From: Gnetum montanum
Lineage: Eukaryota; Plantae; Gnetophyta
DNA: 64,000 nt
Reading direction: 5' to 3'
Assembly: GCA_015680685.1 (NCBI GenBank)
Contig: MNCI01001630.1
Coordinates: 701,028 to 765,027, forward strand
Within the stretch, counting starts at the first letter, position 1, and each line of letters begins with the position of its first letter. The translations under genes were made by a program, and so were the position numbers. The notes beneath the pieces were generated by a model. That model had not been told where the DNA came from. It did not search any database and worked only from the letters and a program-made list of their open reading frames with translations. Below, piece after piece: positions 51,501-63,032 of the stretch.

Positions 51501-54090
51501 CTTCCATTAATGCTACATTCCAAGCTCTCATTCTAAGATTCTTACCACCATAATCTCTCACAAATACTCCCCATTTGCAGCCCCAATTAGCATGAAACTT
51601 CTCACAATCTAGTTTCACAATTATCTCACACTAGTTCTCACAATCTACCCTCACAATTTCTCACAAATTGAATGCACAAACACTTACAAGTTTCTCTCAA
51701 GTTTGCCTCAAAGATTTGAATAAAAAGCATGAATCCAAGTGCTGCTAAAGCTGCTTTATGGTTCTTTCAAATCTATGTCTAACTTCAGTTTTATGTTTCC
51801 AAGAATTAAGGGAGAGCTTTCAATTCAAGTGTTTGTCATTATGTTTTCAATAATCTTTATACTAGCTCTGAGAACTTTGAGGCCAGATCTAGTCTTATTA
51901 ATTTGGCATTGTGACACTTACAAGTTGTAATCTCATATTTAGAAGTTTGTATCAATCTATATTGGAGAAAAGAGGAAGCTAAATATGTTTTATACGGGTA
52001 ATTTATGTTGTGCTGAAGCACTTATGGACCTTGTTTATTTGATACATTTTTGGTTTGCATAGAAGCCTGATTTAGGCTTGAATCCTCCCCATTTCGTTGC
52101 ATCAAAGTATGAAGTCGATCTTTGTGAAGTCATGTTTCAAAGATGAGAAGAAATTGAATAATTTATGGGCTGTGTCTTTTATTAAAGAGGCCTTCATGTA
52201 TGCCTGCAACTCCATTTTAGTTTATCATGATTTGAATCATGAAATACAAGATTGAACCCTTGCCAATGCTTTAGATCCTCTTTCCCTTTGAATCCAGGCA
52301 CTTCGCATCAAATTTGAAACTCTTTCTCAGCCAAAATGTATGAAGTTTCAGCCCATTTGGAAGCCCTTTTGTTCCAAACCATAGACATTAAATAGATGCT
52401 TGTTTTGCCATGAACTGGCATCCAAATGTATGAAATTTCTTGTCTCTCGTGCTTACATGCCTGTGCTATTTAGATCTGAACACTTGATATCATCAAATTT
52501 AGCCCAAAGAATGAATATAGAAGCCTATTTGCCTGTCATTTTCTGTCCATGCATAATAGGACTTTGGATTTAAAAAAAAATAAAAACTCATTGACATCTG
52601 CCCTGATAAATGTCAATCCAGAGCCTCTGTCATTGATTTGTGATGTCTCAGCCTCGATGGCCCCAAACCAATTTAGCTTGATCAACGATTTCATGTGTTT
52701 GCAGATATTTAGAAGAAAATTAGCAACTGTCCCTGAGGGTCGCTGTCATACAAAATTCCTAAGAGCAGGCAAATTTTGGCTAGCAACTAGTCCAGACGTG
52801 AAAAAGCATAGAAAGGCAAATTGCTGGGCATCGTTGCCACAGAAACAGCCAAGGACAGTTATTTTTGTTGAAGGAACAGTTTAAAGCATATCACGCGTTC
52901 ATTTTACAGGAAAACAGGCTAGAGCATGTCACTGGGCGTTCCTTGACCAGTGACCGCTAGCAACCTGTTTAAGCAGAATTTTTTGCCGAAGGATCTGGGA
53001 CCTGGCACCATCCAAGCCCACCAGCTTCCACCATGCCAACTCCAACAAAGACCAGATTTTTTAAGGGGGATAGGCGAATTAGGTGCACTCCTGACCATGG
53101 AGTACCTATAAGCGGAAATGGGTTAACATGTTAATGTCACTAAATTCCTCTGTTTTTGCTTTCTACTAATAATAAAAACAAAGCAAAGCAAAGGGACTTA
53201 TCACAGCAAAGTGAAGCAATTCATTACAGAAAAGAAAATCGATTCATCATGACAAAGCAAACTTAATTACCTGCTTCAGTAAAAATCATCTACGGCCCTA
53301 CTTGTTCAAGAAATGAAGAAAAGAAGCTGCACAGATTAAGAAAAGTTGAAAGTTTAATCACTCTATATTGATGCCTCTCTGATGTTCAGAAAGATTCTAA
53401 CAAAATATGCATTATATTGTTAGTGTCCCTACATGGGTGTAATGAAGTAATTGAATAAACATAGGTATATCCAACAAAGATCTAGCTCTTCATAGAGGTG
53501 AATGGCAAAAAGAAACTCAGGTAGCTAACCCCATTTTGTTAGGACAAACCTCAGATGATGACAATGATATGCAAGAAATGCACATACAAAATGACATTAA
53601 TATATTTATTCTTAAATTAATAATTTACCCCATATAAAATTATTGTGGAATCAATCAGACGTTACTAGACAGTAAAAACTTCAACAGAAAGACGGTATTT
53701 AAAACAGCCCCACAAACCTCATCATCGTACATTATATCTGTAAGCAATCCTTCATGTTTGAGCCTTTCAACTTGATAAATGCCTTCATTAAGAAGAGTCT
53801 CAATGTCCTCTTTAGCTTTACCTAATCAAGAAACTACCAAAAGTCATATATTTTACTAGAAAGTTAATGTCTTTGCTAAAATGCTTGAAGAAGTTTGTAC
53901 ATATGCAAAGACAAACTACCTAGACTGGATGACAAGTTATCGATCCAAGTATCATATGTTTTCTCCAAAATCTTGGTCAACATTTCACGATTCTCCTCTG
54001 ATATGTTTTTTCGAGATAAAAGATCCCCAAAACTTTTATATTTTCCAATTCTCTGAACTTGAGGCTGTATACCAATCTTTTCAAAAACCC
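24202..54090 (-). CDS. SPPA: Chloroplast signal peptide peptidase SPPA / protease IV (peptidase S49). 5'-partial, 10 exons in window: 53920-54090, 53718-53821, 49705-49772, 43344-43504, 43046-43115, 39393-39547, 25621-25723, 24738-24825, 24518-24661, 24202-24441
   Basis: Manual splicing gives a continuous frame with GT-AG borders and compatible phases: [23 protein letters not shown]...[17 protein letters not shown]...[15 protein letters not shown]...[22 protein letters not shown]...[12 protein letters not shown]...[22 protein letters not shown]...AQGRVWTG...GLVDAIGG...VKLVELSR...stop. This is collinear with plant SPPA as recalled from the Arabidopsis protein. Confidence 0.95.
24518..24661 (-). 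CDS. SPPA: SPPA exon ([48 protein letters not shown])
   Basis: 144 nt, AQGRVWTG and GLVD..GG motifs. Confidence 0.95.
24738..24825 (-). CDS. SPPA: SPPA exon ([29 protein letters not shown])
   Basis: 88 nt, AG/GT borders. Confidence 0.93.
25621..25723 (-). CDS. SPPA: SPPA exon ([34 protein letters not shown])
   Basis: 103 nt, AG/GT borders. Confidence 0.93.
25868..26940 (+). mobile_element. 5' portion of an LTR of the family seen at 39648, 55429 and 57907
   Basis: Begins TGTAACAACCC; 26630-26930 is similar to 40015-40330. Confidence 0.6.
27209..27513 (+). mobile_element. Very young 5'-truncated LINE 3' end (ORF2 tail, GC-rich 3' UTR, A39)
   Basis: Perfect 39-nt poly(A) at 27475-27513; TSD CTTGAT[G/T]CATCTAC (27195-27208, 27514-27527); CpGs intact. 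Confidence 0.9.
27858..31099 (-). pseudogene. Disrupted gag-pol of the Tekay-like element
   Basis: [20 protein letters not shown]; [15 protein letters not shown]; [11 protein letters not shown]; SFLGLARYY; [23 protein letters not shown]; H...GHPG...CQQVK; [20 protein letters not shown]. Confidence 0.92.
31882..32445 (+). repeat. 5' LTR
   Basis: Direct repeat of 36358-36921. Confidence 0.95.
32599..33972 (+). pseudogene. gag with two in-frame stops; CCHC knuckle [13 protein letters not shown]
   Basis: ORFs 32590-32865, 32881-33435 and 33442-33972 are in the same frame. Confidence 0.9.
34104..35950 (+). pseudogene. Disrupted pol: protease, reverse transcriptase (YLDD mutated to YLDN), RNase H
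   Basis: [12 protein letters not shown]; [25 protein letters not shown]; [12 protein letters not shown]; [12 protein letters not shown]; [18 protein letters not shown]; [15 protein letters not shown]. Confidence 0.93.
36358..36921 (+). repeat. 3' LTR
   Basis: Direct repeat of 31882-32445. Confidence 0.95.
39393..39547 (-). CDS. SPPA: SPPA exon with catalytic Ser ([51 protein letters not shown])
   Basis: 155 nt, AASGGY and TGSIGV motifs; ORF 39364-39585. Confidence 0.96.
39648..41731 (+). mobile_element. Solo LTR (~2.1 kb) in SPPA intron
   Basis: TGTAAC...GTTACA termini, perfect 5-bp TSD AATTA; internal 47-bp tandem duplication near 40552-40645. Confidence 0.85.
41796..43028 (+). mobile_element. 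Retroposed insertion: older LINE 3' end (to ~42396) plus ~630 bp extra sequence, flanked by a 25-bp direct repeat
   Basis: Exact repeat ATTATTTTTCAGCTTACAAGTCTGA at 41771-41795 and 43029-43053; ORF tail and 3' UTR resemble 27209-27513. Confidence 0.65.
43046..43115 (-). CDS. SPPA: SPPA exon ([24 protein letters not shown])
   Basis: 70 nt, S49 hallmark RIDSPGG, cag/gtaag borders. Confidence 0.95.
43344..43504 (-). CDS. SPPA: SPPA exon ([53 protein letters not shown])
   Basis: 161 nt, AG/GT borders; overlaps ORF 43177-43395. Confidence 0.93.
45864..46103. repeat. Two imperfect tandem copies of a ~126-bp unit
   Basis: aaaatgtct.aggaaggttttgggcacttc...gagctgaagaaaaagcaaaa.ccaaagccaa repeated. 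Confidence 0.8.
46340..48330 (+). mobile_element. Decayed Ty1/Copia RT-RNase H fragment with the start of a possible 3' LTR (~48181)
   Basis: [56 protein letters not shown], continuing after the hAT insert as ...[15 protein letters not shown]. Confidence 0.8.
47119..48002. mobile_element. Non-autonomous hAT DNA transposon inserted into the Copia RNase H
   Basis: TIR CAAAGATTAAAAAGT / ACTTTTTAATCACTG, 8-bp TSD TTGTGCA(A/G); removing it restores the Copia frame HIEIVVQYIHH. Confidence 0.8.
49705..49772 (-). CDS. SPPA: SPPA exon ([22 protein letters not shown])
   Basis: 68 nt, ttttacag acceptor and gtaag donor. Confidence 0.9.
50080..53250. repeat. Probable TE-derived intronic segment of unresolved class (LTR-like promoter block near 51380)
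   Basis: Composition shift, TATA-like cctatatatagagg, short ctcaca repeats at 51600-51670; termini not resolved. Confidence 0.3.
53718..53821 (-). CDS. SPPA: SPPA exon ([34 protein letters not shown])
   Basis: 104 nt, AG/GT borders, phase matches neighbours. Confidence 0.93.
53920..54090 (-). CDS. SPPA: SPPA exon ([38 protein letters not shown]...), carries catalytic Lys motif
   Basis: 171 nt, AG acceptor at 54092-54091, GT donor at 53919-53918. Confidence 0.93.
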
Positions 54091-54280
54091 CTGGTATGCA
54101 AATTTAGATAGAATAATAGTTCATTCACAAGATTCACCAGATGGCGACAACAAGCTTAAACAGAGTATCTAATTCACTTTTCAGCTCAATATTGCAACTG
54201 TAAATTTAAATGAGAAAAAGAAATGAATGGATGTTTTGCACTAAAATCTCAATGAGAAAACAAATTTAACAGGACAGTAC

Positions 54281-54869
54281 TTGTGTTGTTGGACCGATTG
54301 ATGATTTTCATCCTATAACTCTACATCAATGTTCCTTCAAGCATATTTTTATAGGAAAACCAAACAAAATAACTACAAAAATTTTATTCTAATTACTGGA
54401 TGCTATTGGGAATTCACTGATGTGCCCCACACCAACATCCTTGTCCATTGCCATGTGATGTCATGCACAAAATGTGTCGGTTAGAGAAGTGTTAAATAGA
54501 TATATCTATGTGTCAATTGACACATTTAATTTTCCAATTAAATCATTTATGGTTCCCAAAATTATTTCTTTCTAATGACATGAAACTGTACTAGTTTTGA
54601 ATCTTCACTAGATTCATCATTTGTGGAAAATGAGGTGGAAGGATCGAAGCATCTATACCTGAAGGAAAGGATTGTAGCATATTTTATTTTACTATTGTTT
54701 TGGTCTTAAGATACCTGAAAGCAGGATGCCTTAATTTGTACTACACGTCAAAAATATTTTTTTATTTTTTATTTTAACTATAAAACTTATGTGTATATCT
54801 AAGTACAACCTAAAGCAATTCAACTTACGACTTATAGGATGCAAATCATCAATCGTTCCAACAACACAA
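54281..54869. mobile_element. MITE-like element with ~40-bp terminal inverted repeats
   Basis: ttgtgttgttggaccgattgatgattttcatcctataa versus the reverse complement of 54832-54869; TSD not resolved. Confidence 0.65.
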
Positions 54870-55428
54870 CAAAACGTGCATGCTTGTAAATGATCCAATA
54901 GGTGGACAAAGCACACTCAATTTGATAGGTGCAAGTTTACTCTGAAACTCAAAAGGCAAGGAAAAACTCAGGATGTGCCTTGACTCAAAAAACGCTCCAC
55001 TCAACCGAGAGATTTCTATAAAAAGAGATAGAGGTATTTATTCCCAACCTTTTGTAGCATTTCAAGTATTAATGCAGTCATGCTTTCTTAGCTTGGAGAA
55101 GTTATAGGTTCTCTTTTGTGGGTATGTGGGGGTTTCTTTTGTGAGTCATGAGATTGGTTATTGAAGGTGTATCCTTTTGTGAGGTTATGAGGTTGGTTCA
55201 TGTGTATAAGTGAATTGAATACATGAGTTGGTTTATAACTTAGTATTTTAAAATTGATGTTAACATAATTAACAAAGGCCCCCAATCATTCTATCCAAAG
55301 TTAGTGATCTTGTGTGCTAAGAAGGGCTTATCATTTAATGGTGCTTGATGGTATTATTGAACACCAATTTATCCATTCCTGGTGTTTTTGTGTAGGCTAC
55401 ATAATGTTCTGTGTCTGAATGTACCTAG

Positions 55429-57676
55429 TGTAACGACTCATCTTTCTTGAATTTAGACTTAATATCCACAGAATGTACCTAGGTGTTGCTGGAAATGAAG
55501 CACACCTACATATTTATTGTTGATAAATTTAAAGGTGACATGTTGCTAAAGAAAGAAGGAACAATATTTTATGTTTGTTAGTTTTTTGCTATGTGAAATC
55601 AAAAGGAATTGAACTTGAGACTTGACAGAATTAGAATTTCAAAATATTGAAAGTTGCAACTAAGGGAATTGAACCTGCAACCTGTTAGGAATATCCTTTT
55701 ATTAATTTTTAATAGTCATCATGGAAAAAATTGAACTCATGACTAGGCCACGAGAAAAAAGGTTTTATTTCTTTATTAAAAAAAAGGAAAAGCAGAACAG
55801 TTTTTAATAAAGCATTAGTTACAAGAAATAATCCATCATCTCTTGAATTCTGCTAGCAATTATAAAAAGAGGAAAGAGGGGAGAGGGAAGGAGAGCTCAA
55901 TCACAAGCGAGGTGGCTGGAAATGAACAGCAGCAAAAGAAGACTGTGGTTGAAACAGCAAATCAATAACAAGAAGAAAACAATTACTGAAAGAAAAGAAG
56001 AACAATAACAAAAGAAGATTGTGGCTGAAACGAGAAAGTTTTGGCTGAAAAAAAAAAGGAATAGCAACAAGGGAAAATTGTAGCTGCTACAGAAGACAAC
56101 AAATCAAAGGGAAATTTAAGCTGAGCAATAGTCCAATGTTGTAGCTAATTGTTCATGGTAAGCAAAAAAATGTAAGCAAAGAAGGTTAGATGAATCCTTC
56201 TATTGCTATGTGTGATGGACAACATTGGCTGATAATCTCAATATCTCAACTCTTCTTCTTTCTTTGCTTTGAATATCATTTTGCGTTAGAATCAACTTTG
56301 ACAAGATTTGTTATTGAGATTTTGGATTGTTGAATCATTAATTTTGTTGATGGATCTCTCCACCCATCCTCTGCATTCTCAGGCCTAAATGACTTGGATG
56401 AGAGTTATTTCTATAATGATTTAGAAATACCCATAACAAGGATCCCTTGTATGAGGATTGATACCTCTAGCAAAAAGTGAGAACATCCTTGGGCCCACGT
56501 CTATTTTGTGATTTTCTGAAATTTACAGAATTGTTGAATTCTTGGTTCTTGGCTGGAAATTTAGCTTAATGATCCCCTTGAATGGTTAATCCTTGGATTA
56601 AATTTTGATTCTTCTTTGTCTACTTTCTCAAGTCTGATTTTGTTACCTTTCAATGAGTCAAATGCAGTGGGGGAAATCTAGGATGTTAATCTATGGTTAT
56701 TAAATGTTAGTGATGTTAAATTATGGCTATGCTTTCTCTATTTTCTATTATGGTAAATTAGATAGCTTGATTAAATATTAGTGGTGTGCAATTTATTATT
56801 TCAGGTTAGAAAAGTTATTGAAATAATTTTTGTTACGAGAGTTGCTAAAAGAAAATAAAATAGTTTTTTGTGCAGTTAAATGGATTTGATATTACTGTTT
56901 CATACATTTCTTGTGACCAACTGTTGGGTTAAACAGGCCTGTTAATGACCAACATCTGATTTATTATTATGGTCTGAGAAAATCAAAATTTGATCCATAA
57001 ATTAGACCTGTACATTGTATGAAAGGAGCATGAAAGGAGTCTTGCATAGATTTTTGTTGTCACTGTTTGCTTTTCATGGTTCTCTTTTATCAGCAATAGT
57101 TCAGCTAAAATCTGATTATGGTTATGGTGTTTTGTGATAATTAGACATGATTGATATTATGAATATATGTAAAGATTGTTGTATTGTTTTGTATTTCGGT
57201 TTGCAATTTTCCAAGTACATGAATAATATGTTTTCCTTTAGTTTGACTTCCCTATGACATTACATTTTGGCTGTTCATAATTTAAGACTGCTAAGTGAAG
57301 CAATTGAATTAATTGGCTTTTTGCTAAGCTAGAGGGCTGTGGATACAATTTTAAGTTTTAGATGTTTTCACTTTTATACTGCACCTTAGATGCATAGAGT
57401 ATTAAGAGATGTCAATAGTCATATTGACATTCTCTTCTAGATAGATCCTTAGGTCATTCATTGCATCATATAATCTTCTTTGTTATGCATTATTTTAATC
57501 TTCTTTGTTATGCATTATTTTATGATAGTTGTCTATGCTGGTCTATATGCAAGTTGAATTTCTGATAATTGATCAACTGTTTAAAAAAGAGAAAAGAGAA
57601 GTTTACTCCTGCATTTTCAGCTAGCTTGTTGGGGGCTTCAAGTGTTAACTCTTGCTTCCTATAGATGGATGTTACA
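55429..57676 (+). mobile_element. Solo LTR, same family as 39648-41731
   Basis: TGTAAC...GTTACA, TSD CCTAG/CCTGG, extended similarity to 40400-41731. Confidence 0.82.
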
Positions 57677-57906
57677 CCTGGTGTGTGACAACTAGATGGC
57701 AAACAATCCATTAAAAAATTATGCATAGTTCATGGTCATGTTTTTTTGCCTGCTGGTAAAGTAAGGTGCACATTCTTTGTTCAAAACTTTCTACAAGGTT
57801 TTGGAGATATTCTCGAGAGAGCTACAAGTCCCAATTCATTGTTAAATGATCCTTGCCCATGACTACAATTCTTTCATTGTGAAAACCTTACAGATCAGAA
57901 CATTAG

Positions 57907-60900
57907 TGTAACAAACCACTCTTCCTTGAGTTTTTACATTGATGATTGTAATAGTCTTTGTGTATGCACACTTTGTTGTGATGTTTTGTGTGTGTGTCTT
58001 GCTATTGACATTGGATTGTAGTAGAAGTGGCTGATTGGATCATTAATAAATTTTGAATGTTGACTTGTTTTTCATATATTCTATTTCCATATCATATTTA
58101 AATGTCTAAATGCTTGCTTCATAAGAAATATGCTTGAAAACAAAAGAGACCACAAGGATTTTGAAATGGAAGGTGGAAGTGCTACACAGGAACAGCTGTT
58201 GACTATTCAAATCAGGCAAGAGAACAAGGAAGCCCTAGAGGAGGAGGAGCATAAGCTGTTCGTGGAGCTCCAGTCTCTGGCAAGGGAAGAAGAGCAGTAA
58301 TGAAAGGAGTAGTCCAAGGTGCAGTGGCTTACGGAAGGAGACAGGAACACATGGTTTTTCTTTGCTGCTGCAAAAGCTAACAATCAAAGCAAAAAGATAC
58401 AGAATATTGTCCCAAGGGCAGACTAGCTTGCATGACCTTCATGATAGTGCTCAGGAAATGCAAAAGTACTGGGCCAGGGTTTGGTCTGGGGGGTTCCTCC
58501 CTTGTCTCTATTTATGTTCAAAAAGCCATCAACAATGTTGACAATGTGCCCCTAATTACTCCTATCACCATGAATGAGCTCTCTTAGGCCATGTCATCCC
58601 TCAAGGTAACCAAAACCCCCGGGCCTGATGCTTGGCCCACTGAATTCTTCTGAGAATTTTCCAATGTCCTAGGGCAAAACATGCTTGATGCCTTCAATCT
58701 AATGTTGAAATGGGGCAGGTTCACCATGAGATTAACTGCTCCTGCATTGTTCTACTCCCTAAGATCCCCAACCCAACCTTGTCAGCTCACTACAAACTAA
58801 ACAACGTCTATAACACACTACTTGGAATTTTCACCAAGATCCTCGTTCATCAACTTCATCCTTTAATGCCAAACCTCGTAGGCCCCCACAAGGCTAGCTT
58901 TGTTAAGCAAAGATTCATTCAAGAGTAAATTCTCTTGCTACAGGAAACCATGCATTCTATCCAACAGGCTTGGTTCCCCAATGTATCACAAAAGCCTATG
59001 ACACAATCCAATGGAATGCCCTCCAAGATATCATGCTTATGAAGGAAATTCAGCCACATTTTGTGACCCTCTGCATCAACCTTCAAGAGACAAGAGCCTA
59101 CTCTTTTGATCTATTTGGGCGGCTGTGGGGGTTCTCCTCCCCTACCAAGTGGTTACATCAATGTGATCCTTTATCCCCTTCTTTATTTATTATTTTTATG
59201 GATACCATGAAATTTTACTGCAGGTATGAGGGTGTCAGAGGCTTTAATATCGAAGGAATCACCTATATGACTAAGCACTAGATAAATGACACTATCCTCA
59301 TGACTCGGGCAATTGTTCCTCAAGCCCTAGTCATTGATCAAGCTTTGGATAGGATGGCCCAAGAAGTGGGCTTGCAACCTAATCGAGGGAAGTTAACTAT
59401 ACATTTCTTTCACACCAAAGAATCTGTTCGACGTCAAGTGTGTCAGGATCTTCAAATCTTGCCAAGTACTGGGAACGACTCATATTTAGAAGTTCCTATG
59501 TTTGCTTGGGGCAAACTATCAACCTGGACCCACGTAATCCAGCATCTCCAATCCCAGGTGGGGAACTAGATTGCACGCTTCTTAACAAGAAAAGGTAAGC
59601 TCATCTTGGCTACCTTTGTTCTCTTAGCCATTACTAGATATGTGGCCTTTGTCACCACACAACCAATGGGGGTGATAAACAAAGTTAATCAGATCATAAG
59701 GAATTTCATTTGGTCTAGTGGCAAACAAGGGGGTTGGTGGGGGATCACCTACACCTAGTGTGTTGGGATACGATGGCTAGGCCCAAGCTTGCTAGGAGCC
59801 TAGGTGTCCTTAAATTTGAAGACGTCATCCTCATAGGACATCAGAACATTATTATTCAATTTAGGCAAGACCAAAGGAGTAGGCCTCAATGGGCACGTAT
59901 CATGGCCAACAAATACCAACCCTAGGTGGTAGTGTCCAAGGACTGTCATATCTAGCAAAACCTGTGCACTCATACTCATAAGCTTATCCAAGGGGGCTGA
60001 TGGGGTTGCAACCAATGGACAGCATCAAGCTTAAATACCCTATGCAGGGTGGATGGTGGTCCATGTGGCAAGGGTGGCTCCTTGAGGAACTTAAATGCTT
60101 TGCTTGGCTCTTGGTGCATGGTACGTTGCTTGTATGGTTGGGCTCAAAGCACAGGGGGTTATTGACATGGACAACTATCCCATTTGCTACGCATGCAAGG
60201 AGTCCATGTTGCATCTATTTATCCAATGTCCATACATAGTTGATGCATGGACAACTATTGGTATTTCCCCATCCTTGCAAGCTTCCAATGATTTGTTGGT
60301 GATGGCAGTGCTCTAAAGCATCTCGAAAGCTCAAAACACCAAGATTTTCTACTTTGTGTTGCTTTCCTCACCCTCATGTACCATCTTTCTTGCAAAACGA
60401 CTATGGAGGGAAGCTACAACTGCCATGGGCATCACCCCAACGCATGAGCCTGAGATGGAGAGGTCCCATCACAATCACGATCTACGGCCTATAGTTGTTC
60501 AGATGGGCTAGGTAGATATGTTGTCTCTGCTAGTGGGTGATTCAAACCTGCTTGACGCCAATTTCTATAAGTACTAGCAGGTGATGCCACCACTTTCAGC
60601 AGGATCCATACCAATCTCATAGAGATGGATTTGGCGAGTTATCTTGGGGTGTTGGCAACAAGGAAGTTCTACCAACTAGGCAAGTATTACAAGCTGTGGA
60701 GGGTTTCTTCCCTAGTCTAGTCCTGAAGACTGCTAGTGGATAGGTTCCCCGGTCAACACTCCCTCCCCTTTGGCAAGAAGTTGCTGAGCTTATTGACCAC
60801 TGCTTTGTCCAGTCGGGGAATCTCTAGAAGTTGCAAGGTGCCCATTTTGCCTTTTTCGATGCATAGGACTAATGACACCAATGTAAATATCCCTAAGTTC

Positions 60901-63032
60901 TTCCTAGCCTCCCTGCTTTGGGAATAGTAGGTGAAAGGCATTCTAAGCTTATCCCGGCACTGTGGAGGGCAACACAGCTTGCGGATCCAATGCTCGTCCA
61001 ACCCTCACCTTTTACTTGCGTGTACGGCCAACAATGCCCCCTAGAGGGGGCCTCCTTCTTTTGCCCCTACACCAAGGGCAGATGTTGCAAGTTCAGGTGA
61101 GGGGTCTATGTATGCTATTGCTCCTCCTCAAGGGGCCAATGAGCAATCCCTTCTAGCACAAGAGGCCCTACACCAAAAGCTACAAGCCAAGTTCAAGGAG
61201 CAACTCTGCAGGACAGTGACCGAAGCAGAGGCCAAGGTGCGTGAAAAAGGTTTTAAAAGAAAAGAAAAGAAAGAACTTTTTCTAAGAAAGAATCCGTTCC
61301 AAGAAATAACCCATTATCCCTTGAATTCCACTAGTAGTATAAAGAGAGACATATAGGGAAAAAGGGAGAACACAACCACAAAGGACTGTGGCTGAAAAAA
61401 ATGATAGCAACAAAACAGAAGACAACAAAAAAAGGATTGGGGTTGCTACAAGAGCCAACAAAATGAAACAAGATTAGAGCTAAGCAACAATCGAACATAC
61501 AAACAAATTGCTTATGGTAAACAAGAAATCTAAGGAAGAAGGTAAGAATATCCTTCTTTGTTATGTTTGGTGATGGGCAGCAATGGTTGATTATCTCAAT
61601 TCATCTTCCCTTCTGTTTTCTTTTCTTTGAATATCTTTTGATACTTTGACAAGATTGTTGTTTGAGCTCTTGGATTGTCAAACCCTTGATTTTGTTGTTG
61701 GATCTCTCCATCTATCCTTAGCACTTTCAGACCTAAATGATTTGGATGAGAGTTGTGTTTGTAATAATTCAAAAGCACCCATAACAATCAGGGGCATTTT
61801 TGGCATAAAGATTTGCCAACAAGCCAACAATCCCTGATATGAGAAGTGGTACTACTGGCAGAAAGTGAGAACATCCTTGGGCCCATGTCTATTGTGTGGA
61901 TTTATGTAATATAAAAAATTGTTAAATTCTTGACTTCTTGCTGGAATTAGTTTGATAACCCCCTTAAATGCTTAATCCTTGGATCTAAACCTTGATTCTT
62001 ATACCTTCTCAAGTCCAATTTAGATATCTTTCTCTGAGTCCAATGGACTACAGGGAATCTATAGTGTTAACTTATGATTATTATGATCACAATTTATTTA
62101 CTCTCCGCTGTTGGAAAATTGGATAGTTTGGTTAAATTTTAGTGGTGCGCCTTATAATGTTTCAACTTAGAAGAGTTAAATTGAGAAGATTTTGTGTTGT
62201 GAGTGTTGCTAGAAAAATAGAAACTATTATTATGCCATTAAATAAACATAAGGTTACTGATTTATATGTTTCTTGTGGCCATCTATTTGCTAAAACAGAA
62301 TTCTTGAAGAACAGAATCGGATATATTTTTATGGTTTGAGAAAAATCAGAGTTTGGTTTTTAAATCAGAAAAAAAATTACATAGCTATACACCATGCTAG
62401 AGGAATCTTGCATAAATTTTTAAAGGGCTATTTCTTTTTCACAATGGTCTTTTATTTCATAAATCAGTATTGGTTGAAACTAAAAGCTGAGATGCAGACA
62501 ATGTATTGGTAAATTTTGAATTTGATGTTCCATGATAAATTTTCAGCTTTTGGCTTAAGGCTTTTGCATCACTGTTACAGGAACTACTATAATTTTCTTC
62601 TATTGCATATTATCTATTTTATAATTACTATATTTTCCTATAGTTAAACTCCCCATATGACTGATTATGTTTGGCTGTGCATAATTTAAGATTGCTAAAG
62701 GTGAATTTGTTCAGTTAATTTGCTTGTATCTGACGTAGAAGGCTAAGAAAATGATTTCAAGCTTAATTCTTTTGAGATTTGTTTTGTACTTGGATGCATT
62801 ATGCACATCAAGAGATGTCATTCATCATATTGACATTCGCTTCCTGCTAGATCCTTGAGCTGCTATTTGTATTATATACTTTTCTGTGTTTATAGTTTAA
62901 TTTTTTATGCAAAAAATGATTGTTGTCAATGTTGGTCTTACCAAAGTTAAAAATATTTCACCTTTACATATTTCAGCCAACCTTTTGGAGGCTTCAGGTG
63001 TTAGCTCTTGCTCCCTAGGAATAGGTTTTACA
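57907..63032 (+). mobile_element. Solo LTR of the same family interrupted by an L1 LINE
   Basis: Starts TGTAACAAACCACT like 39648, ends ...ctccctaggaataggttttaca, TSD ATTAG/ATGAG. Confidence 0.8.
58140..61240 (+). mobile_element. Decayed L1-clade LINE ORF2 (RT, zf-RVT, long C-terminal region)
   Basis: VQWLTEGDRNTWFF, KTPGPDAWPTEFF, IVLLPKIPNP, KAYDTIQW, QCDPLSPSLF, HLVCWDTMARPKLARSLG, ICYACKESMLHLFIQCP. Confidence 0.9.

Noticed and set aside
53881-54111. Plus-strand 76-aa ORF (likewise 43277-43519)
   Set aside because: Antisense shadows of real SPPA exons.
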